A stretch of 64,000 nt of DNA from an uncultured Clostridia bacterium (GTDB taxonomy: Bacteria > Bacillota > Clostridia > Christensenellales > UBA1242), in contig CALVTE010000001.1 of the NCBI GenBank assembly GCA_944360075.1, forward strand, positions 117,280-181,279, read 5' to 3'. The position numbers and the translations under genes are program-made. The notes beneath the pieces were generated by a model. That model ran no database searches, was not told the origin of the DNA, and saw nothing but the letters and a program-made list of their open reading frames with translations. This document shows positions 1 to 8,936 of this stretch, piece after piece; position 1 is the first letter of the stretch, and each line of letters begins with the position of its first letter.

Positions 1-903
1 AAGCTCGCCAAGTTCAAGAGCATATTCAAGTGCTTTGTTAGGCTCGTTTGAGTGAACGTGCACCTTAACCAAGCTTAAGTCGCCAATACAAATCACAGAA
101 TCGCCGATTTGCATAAGTTTTTCCCGCAGTTTGTCGATATCGGCTTCGGTGGTTTTCTTTTTCATGTTGATAATCATATATTCGGTGCAATAGCCAAATT
201 GAATATCGCCAAGATTGTTAATGTCGGCAATAACGTCATCCACCGTTTGCGGCTTCTTTTCGTCTTCAAAACTAAACTCAAAATTCTCTTCACCCATCAG
301 AAGTTTGTAGAAACCAGTGAAGATAACGATGATTCCTCTGCCGCCGGCATCCACCACGCCCGCTTTTTTAAGCACTGGCAACATTTCTGGCGTTTGCTTT
401 AAGATTTCTTCGCCTGTTTCAAGCACCTTTTTCAAGAACACTTCAAAGTCGTCACACTTTTTGGCCACATTGACGGCGTTTTCAGCCATCACACGAATAA
501 CAGTCAAAATTGTGCCTTCTTTGGGCTTGGTGACTGCTTTATATGCAATGTTTGCCCCTTCCTGCATAGCCTTTGCAAAAACTTTGGTAGTGATTTCACT
601 GCACTTGCCAGTCTCTGAACAAAAACCTTTGAAAATCTGTGAAGTGATAACTCCACTGTTTCCTCTAGCACCCTTTAGAGCACCTTTTGCAAAAGCTTCG
701 CTGAGAGAGTCCATATTGTTGTTAATGCACTTTGACACTTCGTTGACGGCCGACTTCATGGTAAGAAACATATTTGTGCCTGTGTCACCATCTGGCACAG
801 GAAACACGTTGAGCGAGTCAACATACTTTTTGTTTTGTTCAAGCAGACCGGCGCCTGCCACAATCATTTTACGGAAAGTTGCACCATTTATTGTCTTTAT
901 CAT
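1..903 (-). CDS. DAK2 domain fusion protein YloV, N-terminal part (3' end runs off the window start)
   Basis: Manual minus-strand translation from the ATG at 903 gives MIKTINGATFRKMIVAGAGLLEQNKKYVDSLNVFPVPDGDTGTNM...LKGARGNSGVITSQIF, the DAK2/YloV N-terminal signature. The frame stays open to position 1. It is absent from the ORF track because no stop lies in the window. The asp23-yloV pair divergent from rpmB is a typical Firmicute arrangement. Confidence 0.8.
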   Translation of the reverse strand, partial: MIKTINGATFRKMIVAGAGLLEQNKKYVDSLNVFPVPDGDTGTNMFLTMKSAVNEVSKCINNNMDSLSEAFAKGALKGARGNSGVITSQIFKGFCSETGKCSEITTKVFAKAMQEGANIAYKAVTKPKEGTILTVIRVMAENAVNVAKKCDDFEVFLKKVLETGEEILKQTPEMLPVLKKAGVVDAGGRGIIVIFTGFYKLLMGEENFEFSFEDEKKPQTVDDVIADINNLGDIQFGYCTEYMIINMKKKTTEADIDKLREKLMQIGDSVICIGDLSLVKVHVHSNEPNKALEYALELGEL

Positions 904-916
904 ATATCATTTTCTC

Positions 917-1267
917 CTAAACACGAACACCGACAACATGAACATTGACGGCATCAACAAGCATCCCAGTGAAGTTTTCAACTGAGTATTTGACTGACTT
1001 TCTGAGTGATTCAGCAACGGCGCTGATTGAAACGCCATATTTCAAGATGCAATACACATCAATATAGATTCGATTGTCGATATGACTTATTTTTATTCCT
1101 TTGGAATAAGATTCTTTTTTCATCAATTCACGGACGCTGTCAACAAGAGATTTTGAGACGAGATCGACCACGCCATAGCAATCAAGAACGGCATAACCCG
1201 CAACAACCCGAATCGAGTTGTCGGAGATGGAAATATTGCCATAGTAGTTGTTTGTATCGACTGTCAA
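917..1267 (-). CDS. Asp23/Gls24 family envelope stress protein
   Basis: 116-aa ORF (NYYGNISISDNSIRVVAGYAVLDCYGVVDL...VNVHVVGV) matches the Asp23 family pattern. It ends 13 nt upstream of the yloV start. Confidence 0.8.
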   Translation of the reverse strand: MTVDTNNYYGNISISDNSIRVVAGYAVLDCYGVVDLVSKSLVDSVRELMKKESYSKGIKISHIDNRIYIDVYCILKYGVSISAVAESLRKSVKYSVENFTGMLVDAVNVHVVGVRV

Positions 1268-1431
1268 GGAAAAGCCCCCTTAATGTGAATTAAAACAAAG
1301 ATAGCTTCGTTTTGAAACATCTTTACTTAGATATATTACTACACAAAACAAAAAAATACAAATATTTTCTCGGATTTTTCAAACAAAATTTGCCAAAAGT
1401 GGTTTTATTTGAAAAAATTTTGAAAAAAGAG

Positions 1432-1460
1432 TTGATTTTTTTGCCGAGAAATGATATAGT
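1432..1460 (+). promoter_or_regulatory. Candidate sigma-A promoter for rpmB (TTGATT-N17-TATAGT with an upstream TG extension)
   Basis: -35 TTGATT at 1432-1437, 17-nt spacer, TGaTATAGT at 1452-1460, about 30 nt upstream of the rpmB ATG. Confidence 0.45.
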
Positions 1461-1491
1461 AAGGTGCAAAGAGAAATCACGGGAGGAAATT

Positions 1492-1674
1492 ATGAGCAGA
1501 ACATGTGATATTTGTGGTAGAGGAAAATCAACAGGAAAACAAGTTTCTTTCTCAAACAAAAAATATAACAGAACTTATGAACTCAACCTTCAAAAAACAG
1601 TTATCGAGGTTGACGGAAAGCCTGTTAAAGTTAAGGCATGCACAAAATGCATTAAAACAGCAAAAAAAGCATAA
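1492..1674 (+). CDS. rpmB: 50S ribosomal protein L28
   Basis: MSRTCDICGRGKSTGKQVSFSNKKYNRTYELNLQK...CTKCIK is a Zn-ribbon type L28. A GGGAGG RBS lies 6 nt upstream of the internal ATG at 1492. The longer 120-aa ORF-track N-terminus is rejected. Confidence 0.9.
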   Translation: MSRTCDICGRGKSTGKQVSFSNKKYNRTYELNLQKTVIEVDGKPVKVKACTKCIKTAKKA

Positions 1675-1698
1675 CAAAAGTCGCTTTTATAGTTTCGG

Positions 1699-1722
1699 CT
1701 TGGCTTTATGCCAAGTTTTTTT
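1699..1722 (+). terminator. Rho-independent terminator after rpmB
   Basis: Stem CTTGGC/GCCAAG with loop TTTAT, followed by a T7 run. Confidence 0.6.
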
Positions 1723-1866
1723 ATGTATGGCAAAAAGTAAGGCTAGAAGGGCCTTATTTTTCTTCTTTCTTTTGAAATTTTCTTAAAAAGCTCGACATCC
1801 ACTTTGGCGCTTTGATGCAGATGATGCGAAACTTTTTTTCCTCTTTTTGCTTTTTCATATTATTGT

Positions 1867-3960
1867 TTATTCCCCCTTTTCAATTTTTGTGCAACCTTTT
1901 TTGCATTTGTCGCATTGCCGACCTTTTAAACGGCACCTTTTTATCACAGCTATAAGAGCGAAAACAATAGCAAATATTGCAACAAAGCCAAGACAGCTCT
2001 TCCACCAGCCAAACAAAGAAACAATCAAGCCAAAGTTGTAAAAAGCCATGGCAACAAAGTAGGCCACCACAAACTGACACACGCAACCAAAAACAGTCCA
2101 TTTTTTGCCAATTTCCTTGCCAAGAACCCCGACAGAACTAAGGCAAGGAAAATACAAAAGGCAAAAAGCAAGATAGGAAACAAGAGCGGCGGGGCAAGAA
2201 AAATACACGGCGCTTGTGGGGTCACAAAGCGACATTGAAAGTTGCGACTGGCCACCTTCAACATTATTGAATAGTGCGATAGAAGACAAGATCACTTCTT
2301 TGGCAATAAGCCCAGCGATAAGCGCTGACACCGGCCCCCAACTGCCAAATCCGAGCGGAACAAAGAGAGGTGCAAGAATAGCGCCCAAGTCTTCCAGCAT
2401 GCTTTGCCCGCCATTTTGAGCGACATAACCAAATGAAAAAGAAAAGTTAGTCAGCACCCAAACGATAATGTTCATGGCGATAATCAGCCCGCCCACACGG
2501 CTTAAAAAGTCTTTGCAACTTGAAAAAAGCACCTTGAAAAGTTGTTTGAAACTCAACCTGCGATATGGCGGAAACTCCAAAATAAAAGACTGTTCTTTGC
2601 TTTTTAGAATGGTTTTTTCAAAAATCCTGCTGGTCAAAATGGCAACCACCACACCAAGAAGATAAAGCCCCATAATCACAAAAATATTGCCCGCGCCAAA
2701 AAAAGCTCCGCCAAGGCAGACATAGATTGGAAATTTTGCCGAACAGCTCATATAAGGAGTCAGCAAAGCGGTCTTTATTTTCGCCTGCCTTTCTTCCATA
2801 TTTCGGCAAGTCAAAATTGCACTTGTTGAGCATCCAAAGCCCATCAAAAGAGTGTAGACGCTCTTGCCAGACAGCCCCACTTTTGACAAAACATCTTCAA
2901 AAACAAAGGCAACTCTTGCAAGATAGCCGCTATCTTCAAGCACAGAAAGACAAACAAACAACAACGCAACTTGCGGCAAAAAGGTCAAAACAGAGCCTGC
3001 TCCGCCAAAAATTGCCCCTTCAAAAAAACTGTAAATCCAGCTTGACTTGCCCGCCACCCCTTCAAGCCACGCAAGAACTGGACTGGAGACAAACTTTTCA
3101 AGCAAAAACGACAATCCGTCTGACAAAAAAGAGCCCAAAGAAAAGAAGGTCAGATAAAAAATTGCCGCCAAAATCAACAAAAAGGCAGGAAGGGCAAAAA
3201 ATTTGTTGAGCAAAATTTTGTCAAGCCTGCTCTGACCATACACGCCAAAATTTTTCTGTCCGCACTCTCTCATCAACTGGTCAATAAAGTCATATCGAAC
3301 TTTTGCCACCTTTTCAGCCATATCAAAAGTTTGTTCCACGGCAAATTTTTGTTTGATGTCTTGGTCATCTTCCAGCAACTTTATAGCGTAAAAATTTTTG
3401 CTTTGACGCAAAAACTTTGGAAGAAAAACCTCGGCTTGACCAAGCGGAAGCAGTTTGAGATAGGGCAAAGAATATGCCCTTTCTTGAAAATTGACAAACT
3501 CTGTTTTAAGTTGCTGCACACTTTGTTTGTCCGAGGCATCAACAGGCAAAACTTTGACGCCAAGTTTTTCTTCAAGTTTGACAAGGCTAATCTTGCTCAC
3601 CCTTCTTTTTTCAATCTGGTTGACCACCACAATCACATTAAGGCCAAGCTCCAAAAGCCCCAGGGTCAGATACAAATTTCGCTGCAAGTTGTTATAATCG
3701 CAAATGTTGACCACAAGGTCGGTTTGGTGCGACAAAAGATAGTCTGTTGCCACCTTTTCTTCAAAAGAAAGCCTAGAGAGCGAATAAATGCCGGGCAGGT
3801 CAACAATTTCAATTTGCTGATTTTTGAAGAATATAGTTTTGGCTTTTTCTTCCACAGTCACCCCGTGCCAGTTGCCCACATGCTCATTTGAACAGGTCAA
3901 AGTGTTGAAAAGTGTGGTTTTGCCCGTGTTTGGATTGCCAATCAGACTCACCCTTATCAT
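1867..3960 (-). CDS. feoB: Ferrous iron transporter FeoB with a fused C-terminal TM plus Cys-rich tail
   Basis: The N-terminal G-domain ([19 protein letters not shown]...) is followed by a polytopic membrane domain. The tail is ...LGFVAIFAIVFALIAVIKRCRLKGRQCDKCKKGC. Confidence 0.95.
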   Translation of the reverse strand: MIRVSLIGNPNTGKTTLFNTLTCSNEHVGNWHGVTVEEKAKTIFFKNQQIEIVDLPGIYSLSRLSFEEKVATDYLLSHQTDLVVNICDYNNLQRNLYLTLGLLELGLNVIVVVNQIEKRRVSKISLVKLEEKLGVKVLPVDASDKQSVQQLKTEFVNFQERAYSLPYLKLLPLGQAEVFLPKFLRQSKNFYAIKLLEDDQDIKQKFAVEQTFDMAEKVAKVRYDFIDQLMRECGQKNFGVYGQSRLDKILLNKFFALPAFLLILAAIFYLTFFSLGSFLSDGLSFLLEKFVSSPVLAWLEGVAGKSSWIYSFFEGAIFGGAGSVLTFLPQVALLFVCLSVLEDSGYLARVAFVFEDVLSKVGLSGKSVYTLLMGFGCSTSAILTCRNMEERQAKIKTALLTPYMSCSAKFPIYVCLGGAFFGAGNIFVIMGLYLLGVVVAILTSRIFEKTILKSKEQSFILEFPPYRRLSFKQLFKVLFSSCKDFLSRVGGLIIAMNIIVWVLTNFSFSFGYVAQNGGQSMLEDLGAILAPLFVPLGFGSWGPVSALIAGLIAKEVILSSIALFNNVEGGQSQLSMSLCDPTSAVYFSCPAALVSYLAFCLLYFPCLSSVGVLGKEIGKKWTVFGCVCQFVVAYFVAMAFYNFGLIVSLFGWWKSCLGFVAIFAIVFALIAVIKRCRLKGRQCDKCKKGCTKIEKGE

Positions 3961-4190
3961 TTAGCCTCCACCAAGATTGAGCGCGCAATGCTGGAGCGAA
4001 TGGAAAGAAGATAGCCTCTGATCTCGACCAAAATCACCTTTCCAAGCAAAGATTTTTGAATTTTTTTTACCGTCTGCCCCTTTGTAAATCCAAGGTCAAA
4101 AAGCCTTCTTCTGACAGAAGAGGGACAGTCCTTTTTGATTTGAGCAATGCTGTAGGCTTTGGCAAAATCACAAGAAACCAAACTTAACAT
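3957..4190 (-). CDS. feoA: FeoA family iron transport protein
   Basis: 77 aa from the internal ATG at 4190, with ...[39 protein letters not shown] (FeoA SH3-like pattern). Its stop overlaps the feoB start (ATGA at 3957-3960). Confidence 0.8.
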   Translation of the reverse strand: MLSLVSCDFAKAYSIAQIKKDCPSSVRRRLFDLGFTKGQTVKKIQKSLLGKVILVEIRGYLLSIRSSIARSILVEAK

Positions 4191-4253
4191 AGAATAATTT
4201 ATTTCAAAACAAGCCTTAAGATTACAAAATCTTGCAAATGTTGCAAAAATGTT

Positions 4254-4282
4254 TTGCTGTTTTTGGCCTGTTGTGCTATATT
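4254..4282 (+). promoter_or_regulatory. Candidate sigma-A promoter for nrdR (TTGCTG-N17-TATATT)
   Basis: Hexamers at 4254-4259 and 4277-4282, with an AAGGAG RBS at 4288-4293. Confidence 0.3.
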
Positions 4283-4301
4283 TAGTATAAGGAGATGTGC
4301 A

Positions 4302-4745
4302 ATGAAATGTATATATTGTGGGCATGGCGAAAGCAAAGTGCTCGACTCAAGAAATAGTGATGAAACAAATTCTATCAGACGAAGAAGAGAATGCCTAAAT
4401 TGCGGCAGACGCTTCACAACCTATGAAACTGTTGAAACAACACCTGTTTTGGTGATAAAAAACGATGGCTCGCGTCAGCCATTTGACTCAAACAAAGTCA
4501 AAAACGGCATCATCAAAGCGTGCGAAAAACGCCCTGTCAGCATGGGTCAAATTGACGAGGTGGTGCTTGAAATTGAAAAGAAGGCGCAAAGCATGCCAAA
4601 TCAAGAAATCTCTTCAACTGAAATTGGAGAAATGGTGATGGAAGCCCTGAAAAAACTGGATGAAGTGGCCTTTGTCAGATTTGCTTCCGTCTATCGCAAA
4701 TTTGCTGACATCACTTCCTTCAAAAAACTGCTAGAAAATATGTAA
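4302..4745 (+). CDS. nrdR: Transcriptional repressor NrdR
   Basis: [42 protein letters not shown] is a Zn-ribbon followed by an ATP-cone. AAGGAG lies upstream of the ATG at 4302. Confidence 0.95.
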   Translation: MKCIYCGHGESKVLDSRNSDETNSIRRRRECLNCGRRFTTYETVETTPVLVIKNDGSRQPFDSNKVKNGIIKACEKRPVSMGQIDEVVLEIEKKAQSMPNQEISSTEIGEMVMEALKKLDEVAFVRFASVYRKFADITSFKKLLENM

Positions 4746-4774
4746 AAAATAGGCAAAAACCGCCTATTTTTTTT
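4744..4774. terminator. Bidirectional hairpin terminator between convergent nrdR and ylmC
   Basis: ATAGGC/GCCTAT stem flanked by an A-run and a T-run. It overlaps the ylmC stop codon. Confidence 0.5.
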
Positions 4775-5045
4775 GCAGAGCTTGGTATGGGTTTTCTGGC
4801 ACGCCTTGGCCTTGCACCTCCACAAGAATGGCATCTTCGCCAATTTTTACTATGCAGCCAAAGGGAATAAAAAGTTGATTGGTGGACTTAAAAACATTCC
4901 ACCCTGTTTTTTCGCCTGGCACCAAAATCCCCAAAACTCTGGCGCTTGCAAGGTCGAAAATTATGTCTATGATATGCCCAAGTTTGCGCCCGTCCAGCAC
5001 ATTGACAACTTCTTTGCATCTTAATTCCAAAAATGAACTTTCCAT
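4764..5045 (-). CDS. ylmC: YlmC/YmxH family sporulation protein (PRC-barrel)
   Basis: 93 aa with LRCKEVVNVLDGRKLGHIIDIIFD...ILVPGEK. It lies directly downstream of sigG, as in other spore formers. Confidence 0.8.
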   Translation of the reverse strand: MESSFLELRCKEVVNVLDGRKLGHIIDIIFDLASARVLGILVPGEKTGWNVFKSTNQLFIPFGCIVKIGEDAILVEVQGQGVPENPYQALQKK

Positions 5046-5081
5046 CAGTTATGGTATATGTCGAAAAATGACAAAAAATAA

Positions 5082-5855
5082 CTAGATGAGAAAATCTTTT
5101 ATTGATTTCAACGCATTTTTTTCAAGACGAGACACTTGAGCTTGACTGATTCCGATTTCTTCGCTGACTTCAGTTTGCGTTTTTCCAACAAAATATCGCA
5201 TCAGCAAAATTTCTTTTTCTCTTGGCGACAAGGTCTTTATGGCAGATTTTAAGGCTAGATTTTCGTTGATGTTTTCGTCGGTGTTTTTGTTGTCGGCAAT
5301 TTGGTCAAGAAGGGCAATAGCGTCTGCACCCTCGCTATAAATCGGGTCGCTGAGCGAAACGGTGTCGCTGATGGCGTCAAGTGCAAAGGTGACTGTTTTG
5401 AGCGGCACATCGATTTTTTTTGCAATTTCTTCTAGGGTTGGCTCTTTGAAATTGGTTTTGGAAAGTTCTTCCTTTGCCTGCATAGCCCGATAGGCAATAT
5501 CGCGCATAGAACGACTGACTCTTATTGAATTGTTGTCTCTTAAATATCTTCGAATTTCTCCCACAATCATAGGCACAGCGTAAGTGGAAAATTTGACGTT
5601 GAGTGACTCGTCAAAGTTGTCGATAGCCTTCAAAAGTCCCACGCAACCCACCTGAAACATATCGTCAACACGGTCGCCCTTTGCGTTAAACCTGTGCACA
5701 ACACTAAGCACCAGCCTTAAGTTTGCAACAACAAACTGGTCTCTAGCATTTTCGTCCCCGCGTTTAACCTTTTTGATAAGCGCTAAAATATCGCCATTAC
5801 TGAGTTTTGGAAGTTTTGTCGTGTCAACCCCGCAAATAGAAACTTTGGAAGACAT
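5082..5855 (-). CDS. sigG: RNA polymerase sporulation sigma factor SigG
   Basis: 257 aa with sigma-70 regions 2-4 (FVVANLRLVLSVVHRF...YAVPMIVGEIRRYLRDN...GISQAQVSRLEK). The position after sigE fits, and there is an AAGGAG RBS. Confidence 0.9.
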   Translation of the reverse strand: MSSKVSICGVDTTKLPKLSNGDILALIKKVKRGDENARDQFVVANLRLVLSVVHRFNAKGDRVDDMFQVGCVGLLKAIDNFDESLNVKFSTYAVPMIVGEIRRYLRDNNSIRVSRSMRDIAYRAMQAKEELSKTNFKEPTLEEIAKKIDVPLKTVTFALDAISDTVSLSDPIYSEGADAIALLDQIADNKNTDENINENLALKSAIKTLSPREKEILLMRYFVGKTQTEVSEEIGISQAQVSRLEKNALKSIKDFLI

Positions 5856-5944
5856 AATCTCTCCTTTCGAGAAGTATCTTTTACCTTTGCCAAAGTTTTA
5901 TTCACTTTCGACAAAAAACAACCTTAAAAAACAAAAAAGTATGT

Positions 5945-6673
5945 TTAAAGCAGGCTTTTTTCAAGTTCGAATTTCATGTCTTTTAAAATTCGCTTTTCAA
6001 GGCGAGAGATATAGCTTTGGCTTATGCCAAGTTTGTCGGCCACTTCTCGCTGCGTAAGCTCTTGCTGCCCTAAAAGACCGTAGCGCAAAATCATAATTTC
6101 TTGCTCTCGCTTGCCAAGCTTTGCAATAAGCTGATGAATGATGGCTCTGTCAGCCGGCTCATCAACCGCTTGCGCCACCACGTCTTCATCGCTGGGCAAA
6201 ATGTCTGATAAAACAAGTTGATTGCCATCAAAGTCTTCGCTCAAAGGCTTGTCTAGACTGATATCATTTTTGATTTTTGCCGTTTTTCGCAGTTGCATCA
6301 AAATTTCGTTTTCAATGCAGCGAGAAGCATAGGTTGCAAGCCTGATATTCTTGTCTGGTTTAAAGGTTTTGACTGCTTTTATAAGCCCGATTGCGCCTAT
6401 AGAAATCAAATCTTCATATTCAATTTTGCTAGACTCGAATTTTTTTGCGATAAACGCCACCAGCCGCAAGTTGTGCTCAATCAGTTTGCCAAGAGCTTCC
6501 TGCGAGCCTTGCTGTTTTTGTTGGATCAGCAAATTTTCTTCGTCATTTGATAGCGGCGGCAAAAATTCTTCGTTGCCGCAAACGTAGCACACGATATGCT
6601 TTGCCAAAATGTAGTCTCTTTTGTGAAACAGCTTATAGAAAAACAATCTCAATTTAAACAATATTTTGTTCAT
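5945..6673 (-). CDS. sigE: RNA polymerase sporulation sigma factor SigE (pro-sigma-E)
   Basis: Pro-sequence MNKILFKLRLFFYKLF...GNEEFLPPLSNDEE followed by sigma regions. The start at 6673 is preferred because a GGAGG RBS lies immediately upstream. The ORF-track start at 6685 sits inside that RBS. Confidence 0.9.
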   Translation of the reverse strand: MNKILFKLRLFFYKLFHKRDYILAKHIVCYVCGNEEFLPPLSNDEENLLIQQKQQGSQEALGKLIEHNLRLVAFIAKKFESSKIEYEDLISIGAIGLIKAVKTFKPDKNIRLATYASRCIENEILMQLRKTAKIKNDISLDKPLSEDFDGNQLVLSDILPSDEDVVAQAVDEPADRAIIHQLIAKLGKREQEIMILRYGLLGQQELTQREVADKLGISQSYISRLEKRILKDMKFELEKSLL

Positions 6674-6674
6674 A

Positions 6675-7481
6675 TCACCCTCCAAAAATCATTTGACTAT
6701 TTAAAAGCACATTGGCCTTAAAGCTTTTTTCAAAACCTGAAAAAGAAAGTGCGAGCGTTGGATTTTTGAAAATTTTTTCATCGCCAAGTTGAATTTCGTC
6801 AACAACAAAAGCCAGAATTTTTCTGCCGCTGCCCACCGAATTTATTTTGACGTAATGCGCGCAGTTGAGCTGTGTCAAATTTTGTTTTGCAAGCAAACTG
6901 ACAAGCGAAATATCTTGATAAAGCCTTTGGAAAACCTCAAAATTTATCAAAATTATAGGGGCTTTTGTGATTTCATCCAAAAGCACATTGCCGCTGTCTA
7001 AATAGCCGCTTTCTTCCACCACCCTGCCATTGGCCTTGATTTTGACCGAGTAGGTAAAACTTTTGATCCTTTGCATTCGGTTATGATAAAAAATGGCAAA
7101 TTTGACCAAAAAAAACACCAAAAGGCTGACCAAACAAACTATAAAAAGCGGATAAGAACCATAGGCTTGCTCAAGAAAGAAACATCCGCCGCCAAGAATA
7201 AAGGTGAAAATAAAAAATGAAGAAAAAATAAAGAAAAATTTGCCTAGCGAGCGAAAATTAAAGGAAAGACAGACGATAAGCAGGGCAAGAAAAATTTGCA
7301 ACAGAATTTTGCCGTAGAAGTCAAGGTTGAAAAGAGGGCATATCAAAGCGGCCACTGAGGCCAGAAGAGAAATCAAAAACCATAGCCTTGCCTTTTCTTT
7401 GACAAAAAAAGATGTCATGTTAAGGATAAGTGCATTTTGAAAAAAATTTATCAAAATTGTTTGCTCAACCAAAATTTCCAT
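6675..7481 (-). CDS. spoIIGA: Sigma-E processing peptidase SpoIIGA
   Basis: Multi-TM N-terminus plus a C-terminal aspartic protease motif (GYLDSGN). The internal ATG at 7481 is preceded by AGGGGG. It lies immediately upstream of sigE. Confidence 0.85.
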   Translation of the reverse strand: MEILVEQTILINFFQNALILNMTSFFVKEKARLWFLISLLASVAALICPLFNLDFYGKILLQIFLALLIVCLSFNFRSLGKFFFIFSSFFIFTFILGGGCFFLEQAYGSYPLFIVCLVSLLVFFLVKFAIFYHNRMQRIKSFTYSVKIKANGRVVEESGYLDSGNVLLDEITKAPIILINFEVFQRLYQDISLVSLLAKQNLTQLNCAHYVKINSVGSGRKILAFVVDEIQLGDEKIFKNPTLALSFSGFEKSFKANVLLNSQMIFGG

Positions 7482-7587
7482 TATGCCCCCTTGCAAAAAG
7501 GATAAAACAAACAAAACAAAAAAACAAAACACAAAAAAGTCGAAAAGTTGAACATCTTTTTGTATTTTGTCTTATATTTTTTTCTTA

Positions 7588-7614
7588 AAAAACAAAAGCA
7601 GACTTTTGGTCTGC
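7588..7614 (-). terminator. Rho-independent terminator after ftsZ
   Basis: On the minus strand: GCAGAC-caaaa-GTCTGC followed by TTTTGTTTTTT. Confidence 0.55.
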
Positions 7615-7620
7615 CCTTTT

Positions 7621-8814
7621 TTATTTTTTATTCCTTCTGAGTTTTTCAATCCATGGTGGAACATTTGAAGAAATATCCATCCTTGATGAAGATTTATCTT
7701 CGCTTTGACGCTCAATGTTCACATTTGGTTTTGCCATTTGTTCTTCTTTTTCTCTGGCTGCATAGCCTGCAAAAATGCTTCGAGCAGAAGGCATATCAGG
7801 TTTCTGCCCCATGTTGCCAATGGCCTTTGCGTTTTCCATAGCGCTTTCTTTTTTGATTTCTTCTGGAGTTTTAAAACCTGTGGCAATAATCGTGATTTCA
7901 ACCTCGTCATGCATATTTGGGTCAATGCTAGTGCCAAGAATAATGTTGCAAGATGAGTCAACAACTTCGCGAACAAGTGAAGCTGCTTCGTTGACGTCGT
8001 CTTGAGTGAGGTCTTCGCCACCTTTGATGTTGATCAAAAGCCCAGTTGCACCTTCGATTGTGGTTTCAAGAAGTGGAGATGCCACCGCTTGTTTGACTGC
8101 ATCAAGCGCTTTGTTGTCACCCGAGCCATAACCAATGCCCATATGAGCAAGCCCTTTATCCTTCATGATGGTTGTAACGTCAGCAAAGTCAAGATTGATA
8201 AGGCCTGGGAAAACAATAAGGTCACTGATGCCTTGCACGCCTTGCCTTAAAACATCATCGGCAAATCTGAAACTTTCTGAAAGAGGAGTCTTTTTAGGAA
8301 CAATTTGCAAAAGTTTCTCGTTTGGAATAACCACAAGAGAGTCTACAAATTTTCTAAGATTTTCAAGACCTTCGTCTGCATTTTTTGCTCTGATAGGCCC
8401 TTCAAAAGCAAATGGTTTTGTCACAACAGCAACTGTCAAGATGCCCATTTCTTTTGCAATTTGAGCAATCACTGGGGCAGCACCTGTTCCAGTTCCACCA
8501 CCCATGCCGGCTGTGATAAACACCATGTTTGTGCCTTTGAGCATATCAGTGATTGAAGCTTTGCTTTCTTCTGCGGCTTTTTGACCAATTTCAGGCTTTG
8601 CACCAGCGCCAAGTCCGCCCGTCAATCTTTCGCCAATTTGCAGTCTTGTTTCTGCCTTGCTGATAAGAAGAGATTGTTTGTCTGTGTTGACAGCAACAAA
8701 TTCAGCAGAAGAAACCCCTGCATCAATCATTCTGTTGACAGCATTATTTCCGCCGCCACCAACGCCGACTACCTTGATTTTTGCAACTGCAGTTCTCATC
8801 ATATCGTTATCCAT
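7621..8814 (-). CDS. ftsZ: Cell division protein FtsZ
   Basis: Contains [17 protein letters not shown] and the tubulin signature [11 protein letters not shown]. Confidence 0.97.
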   Translation of the reverse strand: MDNDMMRTAVAKIKVVGVGGGGNNAVNRMIDAGVSSAEFVAVNTDKQSLLISKAETRLQIGERLTGGLGAGAKPEIGQKAAEESKASITDMLKGTNMVFITAGMGGGTGTGAAPVIAQIAKEMGILTVAVVTKPFAFEGPIRAKNADEGLENLRKFVDSLVVIPNEKLLQIVPKKTPLSESFRFADDVLRQGVQGISDLIVFPGLINLDFADVTTIMKDKGLAHMGIGYGSGDNKALDAVKQAVASPLLETTIEGATGLLINIKGGEDLTQDDVNEAASLVREVVDSSCNIILGTSIDPNMHDEVEITIIATGFKTPEEIKKESAMENAKAIGNMGQKPDMPSARSIFAGYAAREKEEQMAKPNVNIERQSEDKSSSRMDISSNVPPWIEKLRRNKK

Positions 8815-8936
8815 AGTTCACCCCTTTCAATTTCTTTATCTTATTGTAATACTTTTTTTGATTTTTTGCAAACATTTGAATGTATTTTTTTTGACAAAAT
8901 GCATAAATTTTCATTTTTTTTGTAGTTTATGCATTT

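Noticed and set aside
317-985. 222-aa plus-strand ORF from the track
   Set aside because: It lies antisense to a clean DAK2/YloV reading frame that I translated by hand. Its own sequence is low-complexity (S/T/P/F-rich) with no start context. It is a shadow ORF.
1312-1491. N-terminal 60-aa extension of the L28 ORF (the 120-aa version)
   Set aside because: L28 is about 60 aa. A GGGAGG RBS and a good promoter sit inside the extension, and the extension begins with a non-ATG codon.
1754-1858. Unlisted 34-aa Lys-rich ORF (MKKQKEEKKFRIICIKAPKWMSSFLRKFQKKEEK) 8 nt after feoB
   Set aside because: The only SD-like sequence (GGGGGA) is about 13 nt from the ATG and lies inside feoB. There is no recognisable motif, and it is too short to support without conservation data. 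It is worth a tblastn check only.
5856-5944. Possible sigma-F/G-type promoter (GAATA ... GGTAAAAGATA) upstream of sigG
   Set aside because: The spacing (about 13 nt) and the hexamer matches are too weak to call by eye. It needs a position-weight-matrix scan or TSS data.
7538-7544. AGTCGAA, a 6/7 match to the Spo0A box (TGTCGAA), upstream of spoIIGA
   Set aside because: It is a single imperfect heptamer in an A/T-rich region. I could not pair it with convincing -35/-10 elements, so it is not enough to call a Spo0A-dependent promoter.
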